Shown here one piece after another: positions 8,125 through 10,402 of a stretch of 10,402 nucleotides of DNA. Every line of letters starts with the position of its first letter. Positions within the stretch are counted from its first letter, which is position 1. This stretch comes from Octopus sinensis (taxonomy: Eukaryota), in the NCBI RefSeq assembly GCF_006345805.1, contig NW_021827879.1, positions 1 to 10,402 on the forward strand, written 5' to 3'. The notes under the pieces are model-generated. The model saw only the letters and a list, made by a program, of their open reading frames with translations, was not told the DNA's origin and did no database searches. Both the position numbers and the translations under genes were made by a program.

Positions 8125-9222
8125 TTTTTCTATGATTATTTCTATGATTATTTCTATGATTATTTCTATGATTATTTCTATGATTATTTCTATGATTATT
8201 ACTATGATTATTTCTATGATTATTTCTATGATTATTTCTATGATTATTACTATGATTATTTCTATGATTATTTCTATGATTATTACTATGATTATTTCTA
8301 TGATTATTTCTATGATTATTTCTATGATTATTTCTATGATTATTACTATGATTATTTCTATGATTATTTCTATGATTATTTCTATGATTATTACTATGAT
8401 TATTTCTATGATTATTTCTATGATTATTACTATGATTATTTCTATGATTATTTCTATGATTATTTCTATGATTATTACTATGATTATTTCTATGATTATT
8501 TCTATGATTATTTCTATGATTATTACTATGATTATTTCTATGATTATTTCTATGATTATTTCTATGATTATTACTATGATTATTTCTATGATTATTTCTA
8601 TGATTATTACTATGATTATTCTATGATTATTTCTATGATTATTTCTATGATTATTTCTATGATTATTTCTATGATTATTTCTATGATTATTACTATGATT
8701 ATTTCTATGATTATTTCTATGATTATTTCTATGATTATTACTATGATTATTTCTATGATTATTTCTATGAGTATTTCTCAGATTATTTCTCAGATTATAT
8801 CTCAGATTATTTCTATGATTATTTCTATGATTATTTCTATGATTATTTCTATGATTATTTCTCAGATTATTTCTATGATTATTTCTATGATTATTTCTAT
8901 GATTATTTCTATGATTATTTCTATGATTATTTCTATGATTATTTCTATGATTATTTCTATGATTATTTCTATGATTATTTCTATGATTATTTCTATGATT
9001 ATTACTATGATTATTTCTCAGATTATTTCTCAGATTATTTCTATGATTATTTCTATGATTATTTCTATGATTATTTCTATGATTATTTCTATGATTATTA
9101 CTATGATTATTTCTATGATTATTTCTCAGATTATTTCTATGATTATTACTATGATTATTTCTATGATTATTTCTATGATTATTTCTATGATTATTACTAT
9201 GATTATTCCTATGATTATTTCC
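8125..9222. repeat. 12-bp minisatellite (TATTTCTATGAT)n, ~91 units, with TATTACTATGAT and TATTTCTCAGAT variants
   Basis: 41 units, then one 11-bp unit at ~8617-8627, then 49 units (counted from the YFYD/ISMI translations). Ends 11 nt before the exon at 9234. Confidence 0.97.
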
Positions 9223-9233
9223 ATATTTGTCAG

Positions 9234-9405
9234 GAACTGACCGCAGCAACATATTGCAGATGGCAAAAGGTGGCGTTAGTTATCCATTAGCCTTTGCGGA
9301 CACAACTCTGTGGAACAACTCGGAAATTGTTTGGATCTATCACAACGAGCTGAACATAAAACCAGTGGACCTTGCTCTCAGTATGGCTTCCTCCGGATAT
9401 TACAC
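9234..9405 (+). CDS. DD3-3: DD3-3-family protein, coding exon (172 nt): (G)TDRSNILQMAKGGVSYPLAFADTTLWNNSEIVWIYHNELNIKPVDLALSMASSGYY(T)
   Basis: Lies within ORF 9227..9409. Acceptor ccatatttgtcAG ends at 9233 and donor GTAAGT starts at 9406. Phase 1 in and phase 2 out match both neighbouring exons. Confidence 0.88.
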
Positions 9406-9442
9406 GTAAGTTTTTTTAATATATATTTTTTTCTTTGGGGGT

Positions 9443-9597
9443 GGGGCAAGCTGGCAGGAACGTTAGCACGCCGGGCGAAATGTTAAGCAGTATTTTGTCT
9501 GTCGTTATGTTCTGAGTTCAAATTCCACCGAGGTCGACTTTGCCTTTCATCCTTCTGGGGTTAATTAAATAAGTACCAGTTACGCAATGGGGTCGAT
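9443..9597 (+). mobile_element. tRNA-derived SINE with a Nin/Deu-like central domain, 3'-truncated into a microsatellite
   Basis: A-box-like TGGCAGGAACGTTAG (9452-), B-box GAGTTCAAATTCC (9514-9526), then GGTCGACTTTGCCTTTCATCCTTCTGGGGTTAATTAAATAAGTACCAG, a central-domain motif recognised from cephalopod SINEs. Confidence 0.78.
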
Positions 9598-9939
9598 ACA
9601 CACACACATACACACACACACATATATAGACATACATATATATACTCATACATACACATATATACACATATCTAAATGTATATATATATACATGTATATA
9701 TATATACATGTATATATATATGCATATATATACATATAAACATGTGTGTATATAATATACATACACATGTATATATGTATATATGCATGTATATGTATAT
9801 ACATATATATATATATATACGTACATGTATATATATATACATGTATCTATATATATATGTATATATATAATATATATATATATATTATATACACATATAC
9901 TATATATATTATACATACCCTACATGTATATTATATATA

Positions 9940-9980
<41 letters not shown>
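9598..9980. repeat. Compound (CA)/(TA)/(TACA) microsatellite
   Basis: Directly visible; source of the YIYI/CIYI ORFs. Confidence 0.95.
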
Positions 9981-9984
<4 letters not shown>

Positions 9985-9985
<1 letters not shown>

Positions 9986-10152
9986 AGCTTCCACACAGTT
10001 TTCATCTATTTACTAAATCCACTTGCAAGATATTGCTTGTCTCAGGGCTACAACAGAAGGTTTCTCCTCCCCCCAAGGTGTCATGCATTGGGACTGAAAC
10101 CTGAAACCTTAGGTTCACGAAGCAACCTTCTTGATGCCACAGACATGTGGGC
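9985..10152 (-). mobile_element. Diverged tRNA-derived SINE related to the 3231-3394 copy
   Basis: Shares CTAAATCCACT, CCAAGGTGTCA(T/C)GCA(T/G)TGGGA(C/A)TGAA(A)CC and the tail geometry with 3231-3394. Its 3' end abuts (TA)n. Confidence 0.72.
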
Positions 10153-10201
10153 TTCAATTTTTTGCATGTTTCAATAACCCCCTCGTCTCTTCCTATTTCA
10201 G

Positions 10202-10402
10202 GTGCCTGAAGGCGGCGCAGTGCCCCAAAACCCTTGTACAGGACAGTAAGGAGGAGAAGGCTGCAATGGACAAACTACTGAACAATGCTCCAGCTTCTTA
10301 CCCGGGTGCCCTACTCCGTGTAAAGCCAGGGGTTTATAACTATATGTGCACCCGTAACAACCAGTTCTCAAACAGGGGCCAAATGGGTGTAATGATAGTG
10401 AA
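10202..10402 (+). CDS. DD3-3: DD3-3-family protein, C-terminal exon cut by the window edge: (T)CLKAAQCPKTLVQDSKEEKAAMDKLLNNAPASYPGALLRVKPGVYNYMCTRNNQFSNRGQMGVMIV...
   Basis: Acceptor tcttcctatttcAG ends at 10201, followed by 66 open codons from 10203. LLNNAPASY and YxYMCTRNNxFSNRxQxG match the DD3-3 C-terminus as I recall it. Not in the ORF track, probably because there is no stop in the window. Confidence 0.88.

Noticed and set aside
8125-9222. CRISPR-like array
   Set aside because: Contiguous 12-bp units with no unique spacers, no cas genes and a eukaryotic intron context.
7972-9252. 426-aa minus-strand (NNHR)n/(IIIE)n ORF and the 397-aa and 164-aa plus-strand (YFYD)n/(ISMI)n ORFs
   Set aside because: They are by-products of a stop-free 12-bp repeat. 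The only complex part (ILRTSECIQQVQQTID..PRKSM) is the dead transposase N-terminus, and the region is intronic.
9518-10177. YIYI/CIYI-rich ORFs, including one ending GTYLINPRRMKGKVDLGGI
   Set aside because: Translations of a TA/CA microsatellite and the antisense strand of a SINE.

Overview
AT-rich, repeat-dense animal genomic DNA, not prokaryotic. The SINE types and microsatellite load look like a cephalopod (Octopus-like), recognised from memory and not verified by search. The window holds five + strand coding exons (745-807, 2181-2470, 3463-3516, 9234-9405, 10202->10402) of a DD3-3-family gene. All introns are GT-AG and phase-compatible, and the exons join into one open frame: (R)YNISTDDY...[15 protein letters not shown]...[22 protein letters not shown]...VHIQWTGSNTHNN...GTDRSNILQ...LLNNAPASY...YNYMCTRNNQFSNRGQMG. 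The gene starts before the window and its stop lies beyond it. The introns are mostly repeats: four tRNA-headed SINEs, a 552-bp non-coding element embedded in (ATT)n, a 2-kb (ATT)n array with higher-order structure, a decayed DD37D (maT) transposon interrupted by a non-autonomous Helitron that itself contains an inverted second copy, and a ~91-unit 12-bp minisatellite running up to a splice acceptor. The leading candidates for follow-up are (1) a hammerhead-ribozyme-like core at 6240-6312 whose strands are in a non-standard order, (2) the base-resolved maT>Helitron>Helitron nest, which forms a long fold-back in the pre-mRNA, and (3) a cupredoxin-like motif pattern in the DD3-3 C-terminus. Nearly all long ORFs in the supplied track are repeat artefacts.
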